Assembly (NCBI RefSeq): GCF_009914755.1
Contig: NC_060935.1
Strand: one strand, 5' to 3'
DNA: 64,000 nt
From: the human T2T-CHM13v2.0 reference genome, Homo sapiens
This document shows, piece by piece, positions 50,121 through 61,947 of this stretch. Both the position numbers and the translations under genes were made by a program. The notes beneath the pieces were generated by a model. That model worked only from the letters and a program-made list of their open reading frames with translations. It was not told the origin of the DNA and did no database searches. Numbering within the stretch: the first letter of the stretch is position 1; every line of letters starts with the position of its first letter.

Positions 50121-51662
50121 GAATTACAGATATAGGGATATTGCAAACAGTAAGTGCTAACATTTATTAAATGTCTATTATATGTCATTATTCACTGAAT
50201 TTCACATTTAATCTTCCCAACGATGTTGGAAAGGTAGGTACTGGTTTGTTAATGTGTGAACCTGTTAAGTTTCATAACAAACGACAGCATCTTAAGGACG
50301 GTGGCTATGATAAGTAAAAAGAATGTGGGAAAAGAGCGAAGCAACCCTTCATTTATTGGACAAGTATTACTTGATAAATGATAATAAAGCTCCTCTTTAA
50401 TGCTTCCTCCCTTTGGCAGTGTTATACCCTTAGTAAAAAAAAAAAGAAAAAAAGAAAAAACTGTTCAGAAAAATAAATCTTTGATTTTCTTCCAATTCCT
50501 TACGTTTACAAAAATAAAATGCTTTAAGTTTTAAAATTTATGTCAGTAAATGTAGGGCTAGCCTGATAAATTCACGTTTTATTTGGGAAGACTTGACTAC
50601 ACACACACACACTCCCTCCATCTCCGAAGGGGAAAAGCGACAAGGACAAACCGCAGCCTCAATACATCAAAGGCTGAGCTGGCACTACAGCCCATACATC
50701 ATCAAGTTCACGGACACCCCTAGATGGCTCCGTGACACGGTCAAGGTCCTTGGGAACTCCCACACATTTCTATACTCGGCACACCGATCACCTCTCTTCA
50801 ACTGACCTCTAGCCAACCTAAGATCCTGGTGGGAAGATTTATGAAAGGCAGTAAAATCAAGACAAGCAGGGAACCTGCGTAACCCCTTTAAGTCTCTAAT
50901 GAAACAAATGCAATCCCTTAAGATATTTCTTAAGGAAAAGCTAGAAGATGCCTCTAATCGCAACTTGTTTCCAGAAAAGCTGGAAGGGCACCACTAAGAC
51001 AAGGCAAAAAAAAAAAAAAAAAAAGGCAAAATATCGGAAAGTCTTATGCTGGAAGCGGGGGTGGGGAGGCGGGGGACAGGCAGACAGGGCTAGAAACACC
51101 CAAATCAATTCCTCAGGGAGCGAAACGGCAGAGGCCGGCAGCCCGCGGCCCACGTGCACTTGCTCAGGGAACCGTTCCAGCGAAACCTGACCCGGATCGG
51201 AATCCTCCCGCAGCACAGCGGCCGTGTTTATCGGAATGGAACGCTACAAGTTGTCACCTGCATCCCTCTCCCAGCTTTGACAGGGAACACGCGCTGCCCC
51301 CACGCCCACACCGACACCCGGATCCCTATCCAGCCCGGCCAGAGTCCCAGGGGCCAGGGGACCAGTGCAGGGAGAAGGTCCCCCACCTCAGCCCTCAGGA
51401 CCCCCAACCACAGCCCACCCGCCCCCACCCTGCTCGGTTCTAGGCCCAGCCGAACCTACATGTCCCCGTAGTGTCGAGCGTTATCATCCACAGTCGCCCC
51501 TCAAACTGTGACCCCCACCTGGGAGACCCGGAATCATCCAGGACCCTGGTGTGGGGGGCAGTACTCCCCATATCTGCCCCCCGAAAACTGCCATGGAGCA
51601 GCCGCGCCTCGGCGGGCAGGTGAGGGGGCCGAGCCCACCAGCGCCGCAGCCCCGCTGCCTAC

Positions 51663-51698
51663 CTTCTTCAGCGCCGGCTGCCGCTCCCGGGCAGACAT
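51663..51698 (-). CDS. ARHGAP20: ARHGAP20 alternative first coding exon (MSARERQPALKK)
   Basis: gcgATG at 51698, 12 codons, phase-0 donor AAG|gtaggc in frame with exon 2; agrees with a recalled shorter isoform N-terminus. Confidence 0.8.
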
Positions 51699-52131
51699 CG
51701 CCGGCCCTGACTTTGGGGCTGACACCGCCAAAGGGCAGTCAGTGCTCGCCCAGGCCACTTCGGGAGGCCCAGGGGCACGGCGAGGGGTCGGGGAAAGGCG
51801 ATCGCCCACTACAGCCCGCGCGCCTAGACTGAGGGAGGAGCCGGGCTGCAGAACCGGCGGCGGATGGAGACGGGAGGGAGGCTGCGAGGTCGCTCGAGGA
51901 GAGACTAAGGCTCTAGAAACGGAGAAGCGGGCGCTCTGCGGGAGGCGGCGGCGCTGCCGCTGGCCGTCAAGGGCGGGAAGTGTTCTGGGACTCTCATTAG
52001 GGGCCGCGAGCCTCGAGCGTCAAATTCCCGCGGCGTCCGCCTAGCGCGCTGCTGTGGCGGGCGCGGAGGGCGCGCGCCGGCAGTGGGGGCTGCGGCGGCG
52101 GAGGGCACGGGCCCCCGCTCAGCGTCCTCAC

Positions 52132-52236
52132 CTTCTTGGTGCAGCTGCCTCCCGCGAGCCGAGACACTCCTGTCAGGGAAGAGGAGCGCCCCGGCTGTCC
52201 CCCTAGAGTCTCCTGCTGGGGGGACATCGCTTCCAT
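52132..52236 (-). CDS. ARHGAP20: ARHGAP20 coding exon 1 (aa 1-35, MEAMSPQQETLGGQPGRSSSLTGVSRLAGGSCTKK)
   Basis: ATG at 52236; 105 nt ending in the phase-0 donor AAG|gtgagg; translation matches the recalled human ARHGAP20 N-terminus; lies in a CpG island; splices in frame to exon 30543-30625. Confidence 0.96.
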
Positions 52237-53727
52237 GAAGAAAATCTTCAAACAAATCCCAGCCCAGGAGGAGGCTACACGATCATGTCCGCGGGCTGCC
52301 GGCCGGAGGGGCGAGGACGCGCGGGCGGAGGCGCGGCTGCCGTGCTCAGGCAGGGAGCCGAGCTCCGGGTGCTCGCCGCGCGCCTCCCGTCGGGGCCATG
52401 TACCTCCGCCTGCGCTCGACACCGCGGGCTGGAGGCGAGTGCAGCGGCAACAGCCCGTCAGCGCCGCGGCCCGCCCCGCCTCGGGCCCGCCCCCTCCGCT
52501 CCGGGCGCCCTGCGCCGGGGCCCGCCCCCGCAGCCCTCCTCAGCCCTCCTCCAGCCTGGGCCCTCCTAGCCTCGTCCCAGCCTGCGGCGCGCCTGGCGGG
52601 CGTCTCTCTATATATGTTAGCACACCGGCCACCGGCTGACCTTTTCGGTCTGTGACTCCGCGTGGGTGCAGCCCGCAGGAGCTCATCGGCCTGTGTCACG
52701 CACGGGGGCCTCTAGTGCACGGACACGCGCCTCTCCCGCCACCTGCCCACTCCCACCAGACCCCATCCCTTCCCGCGCCGTGCCCGCGGCGGAAGGCGCC
52801 CCTGCAGCGCGTGCATCCGCGGAGCGGTGGCGACCTCAGCCTGAGCAGAGGAGTTGCAGTGATTCCTGCCTCGCTTTCAGCGGACTGCGGAGGGAATCCC
52901 CCACCCCACCCCACTGGGGATAGGGTGGCACGTCGCAGAGTGTCGCAGCTGTACAAATTTGGAAGCCCACAGCATCGCCTGACCTCTTGTGCAATCCCGA
53001 ACGCTAGCCTGTTCGGGTAACCCTGAGTGGGCTTCTGCAGCCGGTCATGTCAGCGGCCCCTGCACATTTGCACCCGCGGTTTCCGCTGTCTGCAGGCTGC
53101 AGAGACGGGGGCATTCCAAACGTGAAAGCGCAATGAAGGAAAATGCAGACAGAGCGAGGACGCCGAAATTTGGCTAAGCTATTGAGAAGGCTACAATATG
53201 TGGAAGTGTTTATCAGATATCTGCGCCGAGAGCATAACTTCCTGTCAGCCCAAATAGTGGCAAAAATATTTTAAAGGCCAAAGAATAATCAGAGGGAGAG
53301 GATTTGGAGCTGACCCGCGTTGAGCTGAGTGTTGCTGCACTTTGCGGGGCTGGTTGACTGGTACGGATGATTCGGTAGATGGCATTCTTCCCTTGGAGTC
53401 AGGACTAGAGAAGCAGTGGCGGATTAGTGAGGAAGGACACCACGCTATGATATTAGGTTGTGGAAGGGGTTTGGTTTGCTTTTGTGGTAAGAAGAAAAAA
53501 ATCGAGGTTCCTGCCAGGTTAGGCTGTTATTAGGACAGGTTGTAGAAGAATAGGGCTCTGGCCGGCTCTGTTCCAAGGAAGGGATGCTGTCCAACACACA
53601 CTCGCGCGCGCACACATCACCACCATGCCCAGGAATGGTTTATTGTGGAAATAATAGGGGGAAAATGTTCCAGCCCGTTTTAAGCCTTGTCCACCTCACA
53701 CTGTTTAAAGTAGGCTTACATAGGCTT

Positions 53728-53772
53728 TATAAATCACACACACGTATAAATCACACACACGTATAAATCACA
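53728..53772. repeat. 17-bp tandem repeat (tataaatcacacacacg) x2.6
   Basis: Directly visible perfect units. Confidence 0.9.
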
Positions 53773-53899
53773 TGTATGATTTGTAAATCATCTATTATTG
53801 TGTTTATGTATGTGTGCATATACACACACAGTTTTTCATGGCTACTCTCTTTTTGCAGCTGAGACCCATGTGCAGCGACAGGACTTTGCCCCCACCATA

Positions 53900-55335
53900 G
53901 AGTTTGTCATGAATTCTACACGCAGAGGGCTTTGCAGTTCCTTTCATTCCTTGCTGAAATCATCCACTTACAACTCGTTAGCCTCTTTTGGTTCCTATCA
54001 TAAATGCACGCTCCCAATTTTCCTTACTCTGTTTTATTTCGATAACACTTATCTCCTTCTAATATATCATGTAATTTACTTAGTATGTTTAGTGTTTATT
54101 ATCTATATCTCAGAGAAATGCAAGCTTCCAGAGGGCAGGAATCTTTTGTGGGCTTTTGTTGTTGTTGTTGTTATTGTTGTTCTTTGTCGTATACCAAGTG
54201 CTTGAAGCAGTGTCTGGTGCAATAAATGTTCGTTTGCTAAGGGAATTAATGAGGCATACAAGGGTTATGAGATAGATCTTAGAAGGGCCAGACTGGTAGA
54301 GTTGGTTGTTTCACTCAGAGTGTCCCATGTTTCTGTTTGTGATCTTCTTTTTTGCACAGGTTTGATCTGTGATCAATACTACATGTTCCAAATCAAAGTA
54401 GTATTTTACTGCAGATTTGGAAAACTCACTCTTACTTCTTAATTTTTAAGTGCTTTTACTTCAAAACCCATTAGTTTTGGTTTGCATAGAAAACTGTCCC
54501 ATACCTAAAGAAAACTGACTTTGCTCAGATTAATGCTATCACCAGAATCGTGTTTTAAGAACACAAATTTGATCACATCACTCCCCTGATTAAACCCTTC
54601 TTTGGCTCCTTGTGTTTACAGAATAAATTTCAAATGCCATAGTATGATATGCAAGACTGCCTATAAACAGACATCCTTGCCTCCACTTATTTCTCTTGTC
54701 ATTTATTGCTCCTCTTCAACTCTCACCCTATTCCCTGTCACATTGAATTCGCCAAGAAGTCACCTTCCAAGAACTCGCCTTGCCTTCTCACATCTTTGTG
54801 ACTTTGAACCTGCTGTTTGCATTGCGTGGGAAGTTTTCCTTCTATATTTCCAACCCCTATTACTTTACACTTAAATATCTAATACTTGGTGCATAGTAAA
54901 TGCCCAGTAAATATTTGTTGAGGAAATAAATCTCCCAGATTTGAATCAATAATTACCTTAGAAAAATCTTCCTGACTTTATTTCTCCTTATCTAGCTACC
55001 TCCACACACCAACCATACACATGGGGCATCCACTGTAGGTAACATTTATTGATTGCTTACTTAATGCCAGTGAGTACCTGTGGGTAACAGGTAACATTTA
55101 TTGAGTGCTTACTTAATGCCAGACACTGTTCTAAGCATTTTACACACATTAATTTAGTTATATCTTTATAATCTATGAGGTAGCTTCTTTTACTACCCCA
55201 TTTTATAGATGAGAAAACCAAGCCACAAGGATATTAAGTAATATGCTCAAACAGCTAGTAAGTAGTCTTGCCGAGCTTAGAACATGGGAAGTCTGCTTCA
55301 GAACCTGTGTTCTTAGCCACGTGGCCAACTGCCTC
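53900..55335. mobile_element. L2 fragments and a MIR (~55040-55335)
   Basis: L2 3' motifs (aagcttccagagggcagg); MIR core (ccccattttatagatgagaaaac). Confidence 0.72.
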
Positions 55336-55899
55336 TCCTGTGTGTATTTCTTTGTCTTTATAACACATATTACATTATACCATTACCATCTGTTTTACTT
55401 GCCTTGAAATAGAAGATCGTATTTTGTCTTTTCTTCTTTATGCCAGGCACACAAGTATGCTCTCAATGAATTTTTTTTCAATGTCTTACCTTTGAAAGAA
55501 TGGATGCAATATTAGAAACAACCATCTTCATCTCCATTATTATGCTGTACAGTTTAAGGAAGATACTCTGATGGGAAAGAAACAATTCTGGACTATTCAT
55601 TAGACTGTGAAACTATTTTCCATGCACTAGGAATGTTATGTTGTAGAAAAGGGTGGTGCCAGAAAACAAAAATGATAAGACAGTTAAGGGAGTGTGATGA
55701 CCTATGTCTGACAAAAGCAGAAAGTATCCAGAATATTTCGAAACAAATCTTAAAGCAAACTACTAGGAATAGCAACACTTAACAGCTGGGAAATGCCAAT
55801 AGCAGACCTTTAGCAGAAACTAAGAATGAAACCAAAAGGTTTTGCCAACCATTAGATTAAATAACAGTGAAGAAATTTAACTATAAAAGGAAATGTTTG

Positions 55900-56179
55900 G
55901 GCCAGGTACAGTGACTCATGCCTATAATCTCAGCACTTTAGGAGGTTGAGGAGGGAGAATTGTGTGAGGCCAGAAGTTCAAGACCCTGTCTCTACAAAAA
56001 GGAAAAAAAAAATAGTGGGGTGTGGTGGCACATGCCTGTAGTCCCAGCTACTCAGGAGGCTGAGGCAGGAGGATCGCTTGAGCCAAGGAGTTTAAGGTTA
56101 CAGTGAACTATGATTGTGCCACTGCACTTGAGCCTGAGTGACATAGTGAGACCCTGTTTGTTAATTAAAAAATAAAAAA
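55900..56179 (+). mobile_element. AluJ
   Basis: Diverged dimer with ggaggatcgcttgagcc. Confidence 0.88.
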
Positions 56180-58070
56180 GATGTTCATGAAACTCATTCA
56201 TTCAATGATATTTATGTGCAGGATACCGTGCCAGGTGCTTGGGGTACAGTCAAGATGAATCCCCAGAAATAGTCCTTGCAAACCCCAAGATGCACACAAG
56301 AATCATTGACTGCTATCTAAATACCCTACATGAGTGATTGCAAACTGATGGCCATCTGGGCGAATTCTGGCTTGTTTTTCAACATATGCACTTTCTTTTC
56401 AAACTTATTACTAACCTTAAAAATCAAAATATTTCAAATAGAATTCTGGGTTCTCTTGAAAAAAAAAATCAAGAAATTAACAACATTTAAACTCAACTTC
56501 TCCAAGGAGCCAGTCAGCTAAAACTGACTCATAGCTGTGTTATTTCATTAAATGCTCAAAACAACCCTAAGGAAAATGCACTCTCATAGTCATCACTGTC
56601 CCTAGTTCTGGGAAACTACAAACAAATAAGGCAATGGAAGGTGAAAAAGTGGCAAGAGACATAGAGAAGAGGCCAGGGAATGAGAAACACAAAGTGGGTG
56701 CTTTTTTTAAAAAAGTAAGCCAAAGTAATAGAGTTTTTCAGGAACAGAAACGGTCGACAATATCTTCCGCTGCAAGAGAGTAAGCTGGTAAAGACTAAAG
56801 TATAACGAGAAGAGAGAAAGTTGAGACTACTCTTTCAAGAAGCTTGGCCCAGAATGAATATGAGAAAGGGCAGGAGCTATCAGAGGAAGATGGGATCTAT
56901 TTTATTACTAAATTAGAGGGCAGATCTGTTAAGAGTGAGGCAAGATGTTAGTCTTCACTTGGAAAACAAAGCCAGAAGGAAGTGTGTTTCTAGAAGAAGA
57001 AAGTGATCAGTAACGTCAAGAAAGATGACTGAAAAATATCTACTGAATTTATCAACCAGCAGGTCATTGATGAGTTTATCTGGAAAGGCTTGAGTGAAAT
57101 GAATGGACCAGGGATTTAGAAGAGAGGAAGAAGTGAAGACAGTGAATGTGCACAACTCTCTTGGGAAGTATGATTGGGACAGGGAGGAGAGAGAGCTGAA
57201 GAGGATAGGAGTTTGGAGGGAAGCCATATGGGTGTAACTGTAGACATGAGTATATTTAAATAGTGATGGGAAGACATTAGGGGTGACCCAGAAGCTGAAG
57301 ACACTGGGACCAATGGGATGGGAATGGGACCTCTAGGGCAAAGATAGAGGAGTTAGCCTAGATCAGAGCAAGAGCAGTGCTTTCATTATCATAATAGGAA
57401 AGCAGGAAAGAATGAGTGCTAAGATAGAAAGCTCTTCTGATGTGTTCTATTTTCTCTGTAAAATAGGCACTGAATACAGTTTGAGGCTAGGAACTCAAAA
57501 CATGTGTGTTCCGTTTGTGAATCAGTGAATTCTGCTGGTATTGGGCAGCAGGGCGAATTTAAGGGTTGGAGGAGAGTTGAATGTTCTAAACAGACACTGA
57601 AGAATGAGAATAAGCAAGGATAAGTTTGTATTGAGGGCTCAGCTGAAGTATGAAGCCATGAATTTATAATGGACTGCCTACACAGCCTATGGTTTCTCTT
57701 CAAGGATTCATTCAAGGAGAAGGTATGCCAGCTGAGTGTGATGAAGAAGAATAATGCAAGAGAGTTGAGAATGGTGGTGAGAGAGCAGTTGATGGGGAAG
57801 ACCATGGCCTGGGTTCTTCCTCACTCCTTAAAAATCACTAACATGTCTTTCTTCTGGTTTCCTTCTCAAATAATTTTGTGGTCTTATTTCTTTTTTCTTC
57901 CAGCCCTGAAACACTCAGGGATTCACCCTCACTCTTCCTGGTGCCCTTGGAAGCCTCTGTGATTTTGCCCTCATTCCTTGCATGTAATACCAACTGAGTC
58001 CTTTTTAATTACTTCCCTGACTACCTCCCAAACCTCCCTACTGATCACCCAAACTGACTCACTTATATGC

Positions 58071-58435
58071 TGATATGATTTGGGTGTGTCCCCACCCAAA
58101 TCTCATCTTGAATTGTAGCTCCCATAATCCCCACCTGTTGTGGGAAGGACCCAGTGGGAAGTAGTTTAATCATAGGGGCAGGTTTTTCCCATGCTGTTCT
58201 CATGATAGTGAATAAGTCTCATGAGATCCGATGGTTTCCTAAAGGGCAGTTTCCCTACACACGCTCTCTTGCCTGCCACCATGTAAGACATGCCTTTGTT
58301 GCTCCTTTGCCTTCTACCATGATTGTGAGGCCTCCTCAACCATGTGGAACTGTGATTCCATCAAACCTGTTTTTCTTTATAAATTATCCAGTCTTGAATA
58401 TGTCTTTATTAGCAGTGTGAAAACAGACTAATACG
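58071..58435 (+). mobile_element. THE1 (MaLR) solo LTR
   Basis: tgatatgatttgggtgtgtccccacccaaatctc start; 5-bp TSD tatgc (58066-58070, 58436-58440). Confidence 0.92.
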
Positions 58436-58834
58436 TATGCCTCGTAAACACGTCAAACTCCAATAGGTCTAAGGCTGAATTAATATTAACTCCTTATCTC
58501 CTTCCCTGACCCTTACCAGTTCTCTGTAACTTCCACCATCATCTTCCTCAGTAGCTGAAGCTTAAAACCTTGTGAAAATGACAGATTTTGCTTTATCTTC
58601 AAACCTATTCAACAGCCTCTCACCCCACTGCAGCCCAGTCACTCTCATTTGACCACACAATTGACCACCAAGTTCTCTTTACTCTTATTTTGTAAACCTG
58701 AGATCTTTCCCTTCATTTTTATTTGCAGCCATACCCACAGAAAATTTCTGTACTCGATTTTTTTTCCTAAAGAGTTTTCTTCCCCCTTTGTGTATTCCTT
58801 GGGGGAATAAAAAATGGTGCACTTTGGTGATTCA

Positions 58835-59410
58835 TAAAAAGATAAACACAGAATTACCTTATAACCCAGAAGTTCCACTCAAGTGCTAGGTATATACCTC
58901 AAAGAGTAAAAAACAAAGTCTCAAACAGATACTTGTATGCCAGCATTCATTGCATCATTATTCACAATAGCCGAAATGTGGAGACAACTCAACTGTTCAT
59001 CACCAGATGAATGGATAAATGAAACGTGGTATATACATACGATGGAATATATTCAGCTTTAAATAGGAATGGAGCTTTGATACATGCTACAATATCAATG
59101 ACCCTTGAAAACATGCTAAGTAAAATAAGCCAGATACAAAGGACAAATATTGTGTGATTCCATTCATATGAAATATAGATATTTCATATTCTAGAGAATA
59201 GGCAAATTTATAGAGATAGGAAGTAGGTAAGAGTTTACTAGGAGCTGGGGGAGAGAGGGGTAAGTTATTGCTTAATGATTACAGAGATTCTGTTTGGGGT
59301 GAGAAAAGAGTTTTGGAAATGGATGGTGGTGATGGCTGCACAACATTGTGAATAATTAATGCCAATAAACTGTACATTTAAAAATGGTTAAATGACAATA
59401 ATAACAAAAA
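58835..59410 (+). mobile_element. L1MB 3' end
   Basis: L1MB 3'UTR motifs ending tacatttaaaaatggttaaa. Confidence 0.82.
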
Positions 59411-60069
59411 GTCTCCTTGCTTATACCCTTGCCTTCCTCTAAGCAATAACACATATTCCATCTTCCTCAAACACCAGTCTGAGCACGTCTGTGTGCTCCT
59501 GGAAACCTTCAGTGGCTCTCCATTACTCTCAGTACTCAATCCACACTCACAAAGGTCCTATCACATCTTCCTGCCTGCATCTCAGACATGAATTCTTGCC
59601 TATCTCTGACCTGCACTCAAGCTTCTTCCTCGACCCTCAATTCTGCAGAGTACGAAGACAACTGTGTAGAGCCTAGATGCTTCTCTAACCAGTCTAAGTG
59701 ACACACAGAAAGCCTCGTGACTTTTTGTCATTTGAGGGCACCAATGGCTCAGCTCTCGGGTATGACTATGAGCCTTGATATAAGAGAGCTTTTGACCTTA
59801 AGTAATTCTCAGGACCAAATGTGGAGCTCTCTTTCTCTTTCTTTTATTGGAATATCAAAAGGGGCTATTTCCTCAAAACACATAATCCCATTTATAAGAG
59901 AGGAAGTTTATAGGCTGGAGTTAGGGAACAGAGAGGAGGAAGAAAGGAGAAAAGGGAGTATAAGAGAGAGGGTGTTTGGAGTGAGGGCTGGAAAAAGAGC
60001 TTGGGGTCACACTGTGAAGGACCTTGGATTCCATGGTGAAAATCTGGACATTATTTTCCAGGGAAAGTG

Positions 60070-60570
60070 GTAGACAGCAGACTGGCATTTGATGAGTGCC
60101 TGCCATGTGTTAGGTATACCTTACATACTTCATTGTTACCAAAAAGGTAGGTATTATTATACTCATTTGAAATATGAAGATGAGGTTCAGAGAAGCTAAG
60201 TGACTTTCTGAAGTCACGCAATCAATAAGTGGCAGAGCCAAGATTTGAATTCAGATCTGATTGGGTTCAAAACGTATATGCTTACAATATCAACAGTGTT
60301 ACAGTATTAATAATAGCTGCCATTCATTGGTATTTAACTTTGAAGGATAGGGAGATATAAATTTGGCAGTTAAACACTGTTCTAAGTACTTTATACACTA
60401 CCATCATCTTCAAAAACAACTCTAATGGCTTGTATTTTTAAGCCCAGTATACAAATGAAGAGCCATGTACTTAGAGATATTAAGCCACTTGTCAAAGATC
60501 ATATAGCTACTGAGCAAAAGAGCCAGATTCAGACCCAGGACACCAAAGCCCATGTTCTTAACTACTAAGA
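60070..60570 (-). mobile_element. Two adjacent MIR elements
   Basis: MIR core motifs (gaggttcagagaagctaagtgact, aagtggcagagccaagatttgaa). Confidence 0.8.
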
Positions 60571-61763
60571 CTTGATGGTACAGTCTTCTTTTTGTTCCTT
60601 ATAACTGGAGAGCATCATAAATTGTGTTGCACTCATTTTCATGTGACATAAAACTAAATACGACCCCAAACCCTCCTCCTTAGTCCACGAACAGCTTGCT
60701 TGCTGGTCAGAGGCTTAGCCTCATCATTTTAAAAATGTATTTTACAAAGTAACTTGATATTTTAACAAGAAACAGCAACAAGGAGGAGGAATGTCTGTTT
60801 TCCATCAAAGTTCAGATTGCTCTGTGAACCAGACCAAATTAATTAACTATTCATCATTTATTGTCTACTGCATGCCTCATGCTCTTGCCCATTCTTTAAT
60901 GTGACACTTCTCTCTCTCACACAAATCACTTTGGGTTTCTTTTCTTTTTCCTTTTGGTTTTTCCTAGGCATTTCGATTGCCTGGATGTTTGTTAGTTCTG
61001 TCTATGTTTATGTTGTAATCCTCTCCAGAGATTTGTGGAAATAGCCCTTGTAACCATACTCCTAATTCACTGCCATATTTGCTGCAAGGTTGATTATTGT
61101 CTGTGCTGATATGGTAGAGTTAGGGAGCTTGGTCCCATGAGTAAATTTAGTGAGTTGTGCAAGATTGTTCAGCTTAATAAGTGGTAGAGCAGCATTCCAA
61201 TCCAGTTCTGACTCTCAAAAATATAAGACTTCAATCCTTTTCCTTAAATCCTACTTAAGTTACAAGTAAAAATAAACTGTTGCATATTTTCAATAGAAAA
61301 TAACAAAAAATGATATTGATAATTTTAAAAAGCACTATTTTAAAATGCTTACATCAAATAAAAGAGAGATAAGAAATTAGATACAGGCATTCTGAAAGAT
61401 TTTTTACTTTAAAGCATATTTCGCCAAGTGTGCTATAGGGAACAGGAATCCCTTACGATGCTTTACAAAATAGGGTTCCAGAGTCAAACAGATTTTGCAA
61501 ATACTGCCCATGTGACAATTATAATGTATATTATAAAATGTGTATATTAAAATCATTTATATATTCTGCAAAGAAACACTCCTAAATTCCTTCTTAATTT
61601 TTTCTTCTATGTAATTAATGTACTAATATAGTCCTAACTGTATTAGTATGTTGTTACCAAAAAGGTAGGTATTATTATATTCATTTGAAATATGAAGATG
61701 AGGTTCAGAGAAGCTAAGGGACTTTCTAAAGTAACGCAGTCAATAAGTGGCAGGGCCAAAATG

Positions 61764-61878
61764 TCTATATCTATATCTATGCTATCTCTCTCTATATATA
61801 TCTTGGTATCTATATATCTATATATCTATATATCTATATATATATGTGTATATCTTGGTATATATATACTATATATAG
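61764..61878. repeat. (TA/TC)n low-complexity microsatellite
   Basis: Directly visible. Confidence 0.9.
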
Positions 61879-61947
61879 TTAGTACTAATATAGTTAACGT
61901 GATAATATAGTCCCATCAGCAACACTGCTAGTTACACAATGAATTTT

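Larger units (their letters stand above)
51100..53450. promoter_or_regulatory. ARHGAP20: CpG island / ARHGAP20 promoter with multiple first exons
   Basis: Very high GC and CpG density against AT-rich, CpG-depleted flanks; GC boxes (ccgccc) around 52471-52528; contains both CpG-island coding first exons. Confidence 0.93.

Noticed and set aside
51154-53177. Many 85-178 aa Arg/Pro/Gly/Ala-rich ORFs on both strands
   Set aside because: Expected from stop-codon scarcity in a CpG island; only segments bounded by splice donors and in frame with exon 2 are supported.
53728-53772. Short direct repeats as a CRISPR-like array (also 43451-43544)
   Set aside because: Head-to-tail units without unique spacers in mammalian DNA; simple minisatellites.
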